From Candidatus Altarchaeum sp. (lineage in GTDB: Archaea; Altiarchaeota; Altiarchaeia; Altiarchaeales; Altiarchaeaceae): 11,778 bases of DNA. Below the pieces are notes generated by a model. That model saw nothing but the letters and a program-made list of their open reading frames with translations. It did no database searches and was not told the origin of the DNA. The position numbers were made by a program, and so were the translations under genes. Location: contig JAGWDQ010000030.1 in assembly GCA_018260615.1 (NCBI GenBank), positions 1 through 11,778 on the forward strand. The letters are read 5' to 3'. How positions within the stretch are numbered: position 1 is the first letter of the stretch; the number at the start of each line of letters is the position of its first letter. Below are positions 1 through 7,532 of the stretch, in pieces.

Positions 1-7
1 AATTAAT

Positions 8-346
8 TTATATGGAAAATTTCCCTTTTTGGAATCTGATTGCCACAAGACCTATAATCGCTAATCTTTCATCTATTTTAGTTACTGAGTTGTATTTCAA
101 CTGATCAGGGAGATATAAGGAATCCATCGATCCGAGATACTTCGCAATATCAAGAGGCGAAACTGGATATTTTGAGTTTTTATAATTCTCAACAACATAT
201 TTCCATGAGGAATTGACTGCGATATCAAAAACAATATTGTTTTTTTGATTTCCTTCCGATGATACTAAGTTGTTCAGTTCAGTGGTCCCTTCAGACGATA
301 TTTTAACAGATTTTGTTGCCATAAATTCTACTTTCTTTTTTGCCAT
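8..346 (-). CDS. Hypothetical protein, about 112 aa
   Basis: Open frame 8..394; the ATG at 346 (MAKKKVEF) looks a better start than the TTG at 394. No family recognised. Divergent from the plus-strand array. Confidence 0.55.
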   Translation of the reverse strand: MAKKKVEFMATKSVKISSEGTTELNNLVSSEGNQKNNIVFDIAVNSSWKYVVENYKNSKYPVSPLDIAKYLGSMDSLYLPDQLKYNSVTKIDERLAIIGLVAIRFQKGKFSI

Positions 347-499
347 AAAGAAATTAAGCAATGATCTTTTTAAATTCTTATATTTATCTCTCAAAAGAAG
401 AAAATAAGATAAGAAAGATTACTTTTTAAACTTAATTATATTGTTGTACACAAAAAGAAGGTAGATTATATTTCATTTTCAATATTTGGCTCTAAATCC

Positions 500-1141
500 T
501 TGATAAAAAAATATTGGCATCTATTGAAGTTTGCGGGTAACGAAATTTTGGAATGGACTGATTTTAGTAATATGGGGATTCGTGGACCTTATGCATACAC
601 ATTAGATATTCAAGCGGTAAAAAAAGCAATCCAAGACAAAGATATGGATTTCTTTGAAGAAAAATTCAAAAAAAGTTATGAAAAACAATATCAAATAATT
701 ATAGAATCTGCAAAAACAACACTTATGAGAGACGGTTTGGATCAGGCAATTGCCAACGCAATCGTAGGCGAAGCAAAATCAAGAAACTACAAATCAACCG
801 GCTTCATAGACGAAGAACAATTCATTTGCATGGCAATTGAATGGTACTCAAAAGATATTGGAATTGACTGGAACAAACTTGCAGATAAATGTTTAGGAGA
901 GAGTGATGTGAAAATATTTAATCCAAAAAACACAGAAAAAATTTTAAAAATTTTGGGGCAAATGAAAGAGAAACCAAAAGAAACAGCGAATTACATAAAT
1001 AAATTGATAGAAGAAAACTTTGGAGGGGAATTCAAAGTTGACGAGAAATGGATGACTCAAATTTTAAATCAAGTAATTGATGTTGTAAAAGAAGCAATAA
1101 ATAAAAATTTAGAATTAGTAATTTGTCAAACATATGAATGA
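500..1141 (+). CDS. Hypothetical protein (start may be the ATG at 572, MGIRGPY)
   Basis: 213-codon ORF with Lys/Glu/Ile-rich composition like its neighbours. No confident family. Stop TGA 1139-1141 overlaps the start of repeat A. Confidence 0.7.
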   Translation: MIKKYWHLLKFAGNEILEWTDFSNMGIRGPYAYTLDIQAVKKAIQDKDMDFFEEKFKKSYEKQYQIIIESAKTTLMRDGLDQAIANAIVGEAKSRNYKSTGFIDEEQFICMAIEWYSKDIGIDWNKLADKCLGESDVKIFNPKNTEKILKILGQMKEKPKETANYINKLIEENFGGEFKVDEKWMTQILNQVIDVVKEAINKNLELVICQTYE

Positions 1142-1286
1142 AAAATTTATAAAAGATGCAAAGGAAATTTTAATTAAGAAAGGGGTTAAGGTTTTGCAGT
1201 TTGTGACGCATTATCCAAAATTTGAGTGCGTTAATTTAAATTTATGCTTGGAAAAGAAAGAAACTCAAAAAATATTTAAAAGTTGA
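1134..1286 (+). pseudogene. 50-codon mini-ORF, remnant of the radical SAM C-terminus
   Basis: Translates MNEKFIKDAKEILIKKGVKVLQFVTHYPKFECVNLNLCLEKKETQKIFKS*; compare YEKFIKEVKEILIKKGVKVLQLVTHFPKFECVNLNQN* at the end of ORF 8473-8940. Confidence 0.7.
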
Positions 1287-1324
1287 AAAGTAATTTGTAT
1301 TTATAACATAAAATATAATATGGC
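1138..1324 (+). repeat. Repeat A: radical SAM gene 3' end plus 'long tail', running to the ATGGC of the next gene
   Basis: 1138-1241 matches 8828-8931 at 98/104 nt. 1160-1276 is identical to 6623-6739 (117 nt). The terminal ataacataaaatataatATGGC is shared with repeat C. Confidence 0.95.
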
Positions 1325-1919
1325 TAAAAATTTAAAACCACCAGAGGACAAAATTTTTTGGAAAAATTTGTGGAATAAAATGAAAAAAAGAAATGTGAAG
1401 GACTTTAGAATTTCGCAAAAGGATATAAATGGATTGTCTGACGGAGATATGATTGCAGCAGTAATACTGCCAATCTGGCCATCCGGTATTGAAGAAGACG
1501 AGTTAGATCGTATTTCACAGGGAACGCCAGGGCAGAGAGCATTGTACTGCATTACTCTTTTTATGAGGGAAGTTAATAATGGAGGAATTGAACAATTTTT
1601 AAGGAATTCCAGCGGGATGTACATAAACGAGGTTTTGAAGGGGTTGGACCTGGTTGGCGCGAGAAAAGATCTTGAAATAGTAAAAGAGGCATTAAAAATA
1701 TTTCCTGATGGCGAAGTTCCAATTGATTGGGATGAAAGAGACGAGATGCTTGATGAACAACTTGAAAAACTTGGAATTGCAGAGATTGAATATTTTGATA
1801 AATTTAATGAAAAATTGTTTGGAGAGGAAAGATTTTATCCTTTATTCATTGAATATATAAAAAAACACGAGGATGAATTCTTTTATGATGCGGAACAAAA
1901 AAAGCGAGGTGAAAAATGA
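1320..1919 (+). CDS. DUF4375 / DMP19-like domain protein
   Basis: Motif GQRALY...EVNNGGIEQFLRNSSG.Y..EVLKGL.LVGA is characteristic of the DUF4375/DMP19 family (recognised by eye). Confidence 0.75.
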   Translation: MAKNLKPPEDKIFWKNLWNKMKKRNVKDFRISQKDINGLSDGDMIAAVILPIWPSGIEEDELDRISQGTPGQRALYCITLFMREVNNGGIEQFLRNSSGMYINEVLKGLDLVGARKDLEIVKEALKIFPDGEVPIDWDERDEMLDEQLEKLGIAEIEYFDKFNEKLFGEERFYPLFIEYIKKHEDEFFYDAEQKKRGEK

Positions 1920-2674
1920 AAGCTGAAAAGCATAATGATTTGGGAGTTTTGTACTACGAATCAGGCAATTTTGAGGGGGTGGAAAAGGAATTCAGAGAGG
2001 CAATACGATTAGCTCCAAATTATACCGAAGCACATTGTAATTTAGGAATTTTACTGCAAAATTTAAAACAATACGATGAAGCAGAGAAAGAATACAGAGA
2101 AGCAATAAAGCTCAATCCAAATCTTGCAGAAGCACATTATAATTTAGGAAATTTATTGACAAATTTAAAACGCTATGACGAAGCAGAGAAAGAATACAGA
2201 GAAGCAATAAATCTCAATCCTGAAGTTTCTGATGTGTGGAGTGGCAGAGGTAATGTACTTGAAGAACTTGGAAGGTATAAAGAAGCATTTGAATGTTATA
2301 ACAAAGCCACAGATATAAATCCGGACAATGCCAGCGCATGGAATAACAAGGGCGTATTGCTTGAAACATTTGGAAGAAGGTATAATGAGGGAATTAAATG
2401 TTTTGATGAAGCAATAAGAGCAGATCCGAATAATGTTATGGCGTGGTGTAATAAAGGTGAGGCACTTAAACAACTTAAAAGATATGAGGAAGCGATAGAA
2501 TGTATCAACAAAGCTCTGAATATAGATCCAAATCTCGCCGAAGCATGGTATGTTAAAGGTCTCATATTTAAAGCTCTTAAAGGGCTCGATGAAGCAATGC
2601 AATATTTTGACGAGGCAATAAAACTAAATCCAAAATTCGGCAAAGGACGGCTTCATCCGAAATTTAACAGATGA
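1916..2674 (+). CDS. Tetratricopeptide repeat (TPR) protein
   Basis: About seven 34-aa repeats such as AEAHYNLGNLL...YDEAEKEYREAIKLNP and ASAWNNKG...CFDEAI..DP. ATGA overlap with the upstream gene. Confidence 0.93.
   Translation: MKAEKHNDLGVLYYESGNFEGVEKEFREAIRLAPNYTEAHCNLGILLQNLKQYDEAEKEYREAIKLNPNLAEAHYNLGNLLTNLKRYDEAEKEYREAINLNPEVSDVWSGRGNVLEELGRYKEAFECYNKATDINPDNASAWNNKGVLLETFGRRYNEGIKCFDEAIRADPNNVMAWCNKGEALKQLKRYEEAIECINKALNIDPNLAEAWYVKGLIFKALKGLDEAMQYFDEAIKLNPKFGKGRLHPKFNR
2027..2220 (+). repeat. 102-bp-period tandem duplication of one TPR unit
   Basis: gaagcacattgtaatttagga...gaagcagagaaagaatacagagaagcaataaagctcaatcc (2027-2118) recurs at 2129-2220 with high nucleotide identity. Confidence 0.85.
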
Positions 2675-4566
2675 GAAAAATGAAATTTAATAAAAATTTT
2701 ACAATAACAGGAAGCGGGCTTGTTTTGAAAAAGCCGGTTTTTTATAACAACAAATGCGGGATACGATTCGGTCTCGGCGAAAAAGAGAACTCGGACATCA
2801 ACAGATTCATTGAATGTTTTTCAAACACAAGGAGATTATTTGAGTTGATCTTCCAAAACAGCAATGAAACTTATATTTTGCTTGAAATATTTGACCGTAA
2901 AAAAACAAAATCAGCTAATCCAAAAGGACTCATAGAACTGAAGAAAATGGGTTTTGTCCCGGACAAAAATTTTAAAAGAAGGACGATGTATCATAAAGAT
3001 GAAGATTCCTATACATACCGCTACCTTTTCAAAGAGCAAAAAGAAAGCCCGAACATTGATGTTTTGTTCCGGGCAATACTTGGAAGCGACCTCGGAATAA
3101 AGCCAACCGCAGGGGTTGATGCATATTTCATTGACGAAGCGGGAGAATTGCTTTTTCATCCGTATGATGACAGGGGATGTGATATTGTTTCGTCTGATGA
3201 AAAAAGGATAATACCCATATACGAAAAATTAAAAAAGGATAAGCAGGATATTCAAAGTATAGGTTACAGGAATAAAGAATATGTCCACGGCTGCGAACTG
3301 TGTAAATATCTTGACGTTGATACAGCAAGTGAGATAGAGTATTACTGCCCCCTGATTGATGGGATGATTTGCGAGACGCACTGCGCAGAGATGCCAACTC
3401 ACGCGGGAAACAAAAACTATTGTAAAGAAACGACAAAAGCTGTAATGGATATGCTTGCTGGAAAGAACAAACCAATAACGATCGAGGAAATTGAAGAAAA
3501 ATGCAGATGCTGGAAAGTTGAAAAAACAGAAAAGATGAAGAAAAACAATAAACAAGAACTACTGGAAAATATTAAAAACCCCAAAAAAGTAGAATTCAAA
3601 ATACCTAATGGCTGGGTTAATTCCAATTTCCTGCATGAGATTAATATGTCAGATGTTGTTGAATATATTGACAGAGGATGTGATAAATTGGATTTGACAA
3701 CATATTTTGGTGAAGATGTTCTTTTTATTGGACTGCCCGAGGGAAGCCATAAGGCGGGGATATCAGTAGATTGGCTTCCTCAATATGATCTAAAGGGTCG
3801 TTTTGTTTGTCAGATTGTTGTAGAATCTACCCTTCAGGAGCACGCACAAGCTATCTGGGATTATCCGCTTGAACAAGAGGAGTTCAAAACATGGCAGGAA
3901 GTCCGCGATTGGGTCAATGTGTGGATTGAGAAATTAAAAGATATGCCTGAAACTACAGAGTATGGCGAGATAATGACTTATCTGGATTATAAGTTTAAAC
4001 GAGATTTAAACAGTTCCATATTTCCAATAGAACATGATGTGCGTATCAGATTTGGATTGGGGGGCGATTATAAAAATTGCCGCGATGATAGGTTAAACCA
4101 AGCGTATGAAAGGTCAGTCACATTATTTGAAGATGTTTTTACAAACAGCGAAGATGAATTGTGGTTATTCATGAATGAATGGGACACAGACAAACATAAT
4201 GATTATTTTTATAAGCAAGTTGATAAACAGAATAATGATTTCATTTCGCGAACCGTTTCTCAGGGAGGGTATAGCGCACGTCTTCACACTCAAAAGTTTA
4301 TAAAATTAAAATTAAGTCAGGTGAACTACAAAAATATTTTAAGGGGAATAGCCAATCTGGAGCAGGGAAGAGAACCAAAGGTTGCACAGAGAATCTGGTT
4401 TATAAATTTCAAAAAAGATATGGTGTTTTATATGTGCAATGATGAAGAATGCTTAGTTTATTCGGATGATCCTGAAAAAATAAGGCACATCTATGAAAAA
4501 AGGAAGGAGTGGATTGTGGATGATTGGAAAAAGGAAATTGATGAAATATTCGGAGAAAATAATTAG
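2671..4566 (+). CDS. 631-aa multi-module protein with DUF3885-like domains at both ends
   Basis: N-terminal IRFGLG...LFHPYDDRGCDIVS...IYEK and C-terminal IRFGLG...VFYMCNDEECLVYS...IYEKRKEWI fit the DUF3885 pattern. A Cys-rich segment and a third unrelated segment lie between them. Confidence 0.7.
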   Translation: MRKMKFNKNFTITGSGLVLKKPVFYNNKCGIRFGLGEKENSDINRFIECFSNTRRLFELIFQNSNETYILLEIFDRKKTKSANPKGLIELKKMGFVPDKNFKRRTMYHKDEDSYTYRYLFKEQKESPNIDVLFRAILGSDLGIKPTAGVDAYFIDEAGELLFHPYDDRGCDIVSSDEKRIIPIYEKLKKDKQDIQSIGYRNKEYVHGCELCKYLDVDTASEIEYYCPLIDGMICETHCAEMPTHAGNKNYCKETTKAVMDMLAGKNKPITIEEIEEKCRCWKVEKTEKMKKNNKQELLENIKNPKKVEFKIPNGWVNSNFLHEINMSDVVEYIDRGCDKLDLTTYFGEDVLFIGLPEGSHKAGISVDWLPQYDLKGRFVCQIVVESTLQEHAQAIWDYPLEQEEFKTWQEVRDWVNVWIEKLKDMPETTEYGEIMTYLDYKFKRDLNSSIFPIEHDVRIRFGLGGDYKNCRDDRLNQAYERSVTLFEDVFTNSEDELWLFMNEWDTDKHNDYFYKQVDKQNNDFISRTVSQGGYSARLHTQKFIKLKLSQVNYKNILRGIANLEQGREPKVAQRIWFINFKKDMVFYMCNDEECLVYSDDPEKIRHIYEKRKEWIVDDWKKEIDEIFGENN

Positions 4567-4578
4567 TGAACGAACCAA

Positions 4579-5388
4579 ATGAAAAAAATGAACGAAAAAC
4601 AACTAAAATATAGGGTCATTGAAAAGTTAACGGGATTCTTGAATTATGATAAACCGTCAAAACAAAACATGATCGGATCGCCAGAAGTGAATAAAGTAAT
4701 CAGGATGATATTTTCCCCCGTGTTAAGAGAAAATGGATTTTCTAGTTTCCTGACCAGAAATAACTGGGGTTGGCACGAACATTCAATATGGGTGTTGAAT
4801 ATTAACTCGGTTGGAAATTATTTTTCTCAAGTAACCGGATGGCCTCCGATGTCTATCGTCGTTAATCTTGGGGTCTATTATGATTTTATTCCTGAAGAAT
4901 TCCCGGAGCACATAGAAAATCGCATTAAGAAAAATAAAGTCGGCAGGTTAATTCCAAAAGAATATGAATGTCATGCGCGTGCAAGCTTATTATGTACTTT
5001 GGATCAATCAAATTTAAAAAAGAATTTGAGTAATCCCGCCGAGACGAAAAGAAGGGATATATGGTGGGTAAAACCAGACGGCAGTAATGTTGAAGAGGTT
5101 GTAACCAACATCAAGGATTCATTTTTGAACGGTAATGTAACTTCGTTCGGTCCTTATAATGAAGATATTTCTTTGAGCGGAGTTGAATGGTTTAGGAAGT
5201 TGAGCGATTTAGAGTATGTCTTTAACGCATTTGAAGACAGACAGGATTACTATAAAGCCGCATTTTTTGCAAAACATTTTGGCTGCAAGGATAAACTTAA
5301 AGAATACGGCGAGAATTTTCTGGAAGAAGCAAAAAAGATTGGGGGGCATGATTTAAAGATCATACAAAAAGAATTAAACGAGAAGTAG
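4579..5388 (+). CDS. DUF4304-like domain protein
   Basis: SPVLRENGF...IWVLNINS...IVVNLGVYY resembles the DUF4304 N-terminal pattern (recognised by eye). Confidence 0.55.
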   Translation: MKKMNEKQLKYRVIEKLTGFLNYDKPSKQNMIGSPEVNKVIRMIFSPVLRENGFSSFLTRNNWGWHEHSIWVLNINSVGNYFSQVTGWPPMSIVVNLGVYYDFIPEEFPEHIENRIKKNKVGRLIPKEYECHARASLLCTLDQSNLKKNLSNPAETKRRDIWWVKPDGSNVEEVVTNIKDSFLNGNVTSFGPYNEDISLSGVEWFRKLSDLEYVFNAFEDRQDYYKAAFFAKHFGCKDKLKEYGENFLEEAKKIGGHDLKIIQKELNEK

Positions 5389-5392
5389 AAAA

Positions 5393-5947
5393 ATGATAAT
5401 CACAAAATTTGACGATATCCCAGAGGTTCAAAAAGCAAAGATAACCCTTTTTGAAAATCCCGCAGGAGGGATTGAAACACATGCTGAGTTATCTCCCGAC
5501 GGAAGGGAAGGTAAAGAATGTAGTACTACCGGAAAACTCTTTTGCATAGACAAAGAAGAGAATTTCGCGGAGTTTGAGGACTACGGGTCGGCAGGGTACG
5601 ATTTTCACAAAACAAATTTAAAATTTCCTGTTGATGCACCAGCCATTAACCTGAAATTTGAACGATACCTTACCGACGAACACGGCGATGAGATACCTTC
5701 CGGGGATACAATCCATCTTGACAAAACCAATAAAATACTTATGTACGGCTTTGTCGGAAGTGCGGTTCTCGATTACATCACACAACCACTGAAGTACTAT
5801 CTTATTGCTAAGAATGTTGCGGTTAGGATAGATGCCAGAGGAATGCTGATTGAGATAATAATGCAATTAGAAGATGAACATATTCGCGAGATTGAAAGAA
5901 TTATAGGGGATGATATCGTGGGATGGAAAGATGATCCGACAGACTAA
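5393..5947 (+). CDS. Acidic hypothetical protein, 184 aa
   Basis: Intact ORF 4 nt after the upstream stop. No family recognised. Confidence 0.65.
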   Translation: MIITKFDDIPEVQKAKITLFENPAGGIETHAELSPDGREGKECSTTGKLFCIDKEENFAEFEDYGSAGYDFHKTNLKFPVDAPAINLKFERYLTDEHGDEIPSGDTIHLDKTNKILMYGFVGSAVLDYITQPLKYYLIAKNVAVRIDARGMLIEIIMQLEDEHIREIERIIGDDIVGWKDDPTD

Positions 5948-6002
5948 CGGCTTTGTTATGGAGCAAAATATCAGGACAAATGTGTTAAATTTAATCAACA
6001 TT

Positions 6003-6130
6003 AAAAACAATTATGAACATAACCGAAACCCTCTATGTAAAATCAGGAGTTAATGTCTTGCAGTTGGTAATTCATTTTCCGAAATTTGAATGTATAAATT
6101 TAAATCAAAACTAATAAAAATATATTATGG
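6003..6130 (+). repeat. Repeat B: short YdeI-5' / radical SAM-3' chimera
   Basis: 6003-6050 is identical to 10974-11021 (48 nt). From 6051 it is a diverged copy of the radical SAM 3' end (8878-8940), ending tcaaaactaa...attATGG. Confidence 0.93.
6013..6114 (+). pseudogene. 33-aa in-frame chimeric mini-ORF (not in the ORF track)
   Basis: MNITETLYVKSGV|NVLQLVIHFPKFECINLNQN*: YdeI-family N-terminus fused to the radical SAM C-terminus. Confidence 0.8.
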
Positions 6131-6531
6131 AAACAAAAACAAAAAATTTAATCGGAATCGGGATTTTGGCAATAATCTCAATAGTTACGGTCGTTTTTGT
6201 ACTTTACCATGGGTTTTTTAAAAATGGGGTATTGCCTGCTATGGCATTATTTGTTTTGGTATTATTGTTGCTTATTCTTTTCCCCTTAATACCGTTATTA
6301 AAAAAGCGGCAAACGCCCATATCAAAAGAGAAACAAGCAAAAAGTCAATTGGCTGTTGGTATAGCATTTATTGTTTTTGCGATAGTATGGTTGATATCAT
6401 TATTTATATCAGCTGGCGGATCTCATATCTTCTACAGTCTTATGGCGATTTGTTATGGTATGCTTGGAATATTTTATATTTTTCAGTATCTAAAATATAA
6501 AAAACAAAAGAAAGACGAAAACACAAAATAA
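6127..6531 (+). CDS. Small integral membrane protein, about 4 TM helices
   Basis: Four hydrophobic stretches and a basic tail. Shares ME.K..IGIGI and SKE.QAK with ORF 9639-10040. Confidence 0.8.
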   Translation: METKTKNLIGIGILAIISIVTVVFVLYHGFFKNGVLPAMALFVLVLLLLILFPLIPLLKKRQTPISKEKQAKSQLAVGIAFIVFAIVWLISLFISAGGSHIFYSLMAICYGMLGIFYIFQYLKYKKQKKDENTK

Positions 6532-6536
6532 AAAGG

Positions 6537-6799
6537 TAAACAATTATGGACATAACCGAAACCCTCTATGTAAAATCAGGAGTGGAATGGCGAAAGTGGC
6601 TGGAGAAAAATCACAAAAACAAAAAGGAAATTTTAATTAAGAAAGGGGTTAAGGTTTTGCAGTTTGTGACGCATTATCCAAAATTTGAGTGCGTTAATTT
6701 AAATTTATGCTTGGAAAAGAAAGAAACTCAAAAAATATTAAAGATTGAAAAGTAATTTATAGTTATACAACACATAAATAACATAAAATATAATATGGC
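6537..6799 (+). repeat. Repeat C: long YdeI-5' / radical SAM-3' chimera with 'long tail'
   Basis: 6537-6704 equals 9454-9621 at 167/168 nt. 6538-6633 matches 10976-11071 at 93/96. 6623-6739 is identical to 1160-1276. Confidence 0.97.
6546..6755 (+). pseudogene. 69-aa in-frame chimeric mini-ORF
   Basis: MDITETLYVKSGVEWRKWLEKNHKNKKEI (YdeI-family start) then LIKKGVKVLQFVTHYPKFECVNLN (radical SAM end) then LCLEKKETQKILKIEK*. Confidence 0.8.
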
Positions 6800-7532
6800 A
6801 AATACAAAAATATCCGGCAAAAAAATAGAAAGACAATATGCGTTAATAGAAGAATACTATGAAAAATATCTGAAAAAATACGGCGTTAAAATGCCCGGAT
6901 TACATAATAAAGATGGCAATTTTACAATGAACGGATTAGTCCTTGTTTATCTGTCTTTTGGATATCCAAAAACAAAAATTGTATCTAAGACGGAATTAAC
7001 AAATTTTATAAGAAATTATTATCCCGAAGTTAATGATGTTCAGCAAGCAAGACATTTAGGTGCTCAGGATGGCTGGTGGATTGTAGCAGGTGGAAGAGAT
7101 AATATAGTGCTAAAAGTGAAAAGAGGATATTATCAGCTTTATACATTAGAGCAACCTTACCCAGGCTTTAAAAAGGGGCATAGAATCACAGATGCGGGAG
7201 ATTGGGAAGAATTAAAAGCACGATATGGTTACAGATGTGCAACCTGTGGCTCTCGTGAAGGAGAACCTAATTTTCATTGGCCGGGAACAAAAACAAAACT
7301 TCAGAAAGCACACATGGATTCGAATAAACCATTGATACCCGGCAATATAATTCCACAATGTCAAAAATGCAACAGGGCAGATAGAAACAGATGGATATAT
7401 GATGAAAAAGGAAGAGTTATAAAATTAGCAAATGCTTCTTTTGTTAGAAATTTTGATAAAGATGTAAGAATAAAGATATACAGAATACTTTATGAAGAAT
7501 TTAAGGGAAAAAACCCTAACACGATAAAATGA
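6795..7532 (+). CDS. HNH (beta-beta-alpha-Me) endonuclease, probable Type II restriction enzyme
   Basis: CATC...AHMD...N...CQKCN zinc-binding HNH pattern. Coupled by an ATGA overlap to a DNA methyltransferase. Confidence 0.8.
   Translation: MANTKISGKKIERQYALIEEYYEKYLKKYGVKMPGLHNKDGNFTMNGLVLVYLSFGYPKTKIVSKTELTNFIRNYYPEVNDVQQARHLGAQDGWWIVAGGRDNIVLKVKRGYYQLYTLEQPYPGFKKGHRITDAGDWEELKARYGYRCATCGSREGEPNFHWPGTKTKLQKAHMDSNKPLIPGNIIPQCQKCNRADRNRWIYDEKGRVIKLANASFVRNFDKDVRIKIYRILYEEFKGKNPNTIK

Noticed and set aside
395-499. Promoter or TATA-like elements in the divergent intergenic region and in the long repeat tails
   Set aside because: Several TTTATA/TATAAT-like words occur but are expected at this AT content. 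The host domain is unknown, so none can be supported.
2655-2670. catccgaaattt at the TPR gene end resembling tatccgaaattt in the repeats
   Set aside because: Only about 12 nt in AT-rich DNA with no flanking similarity; compatible with chance.
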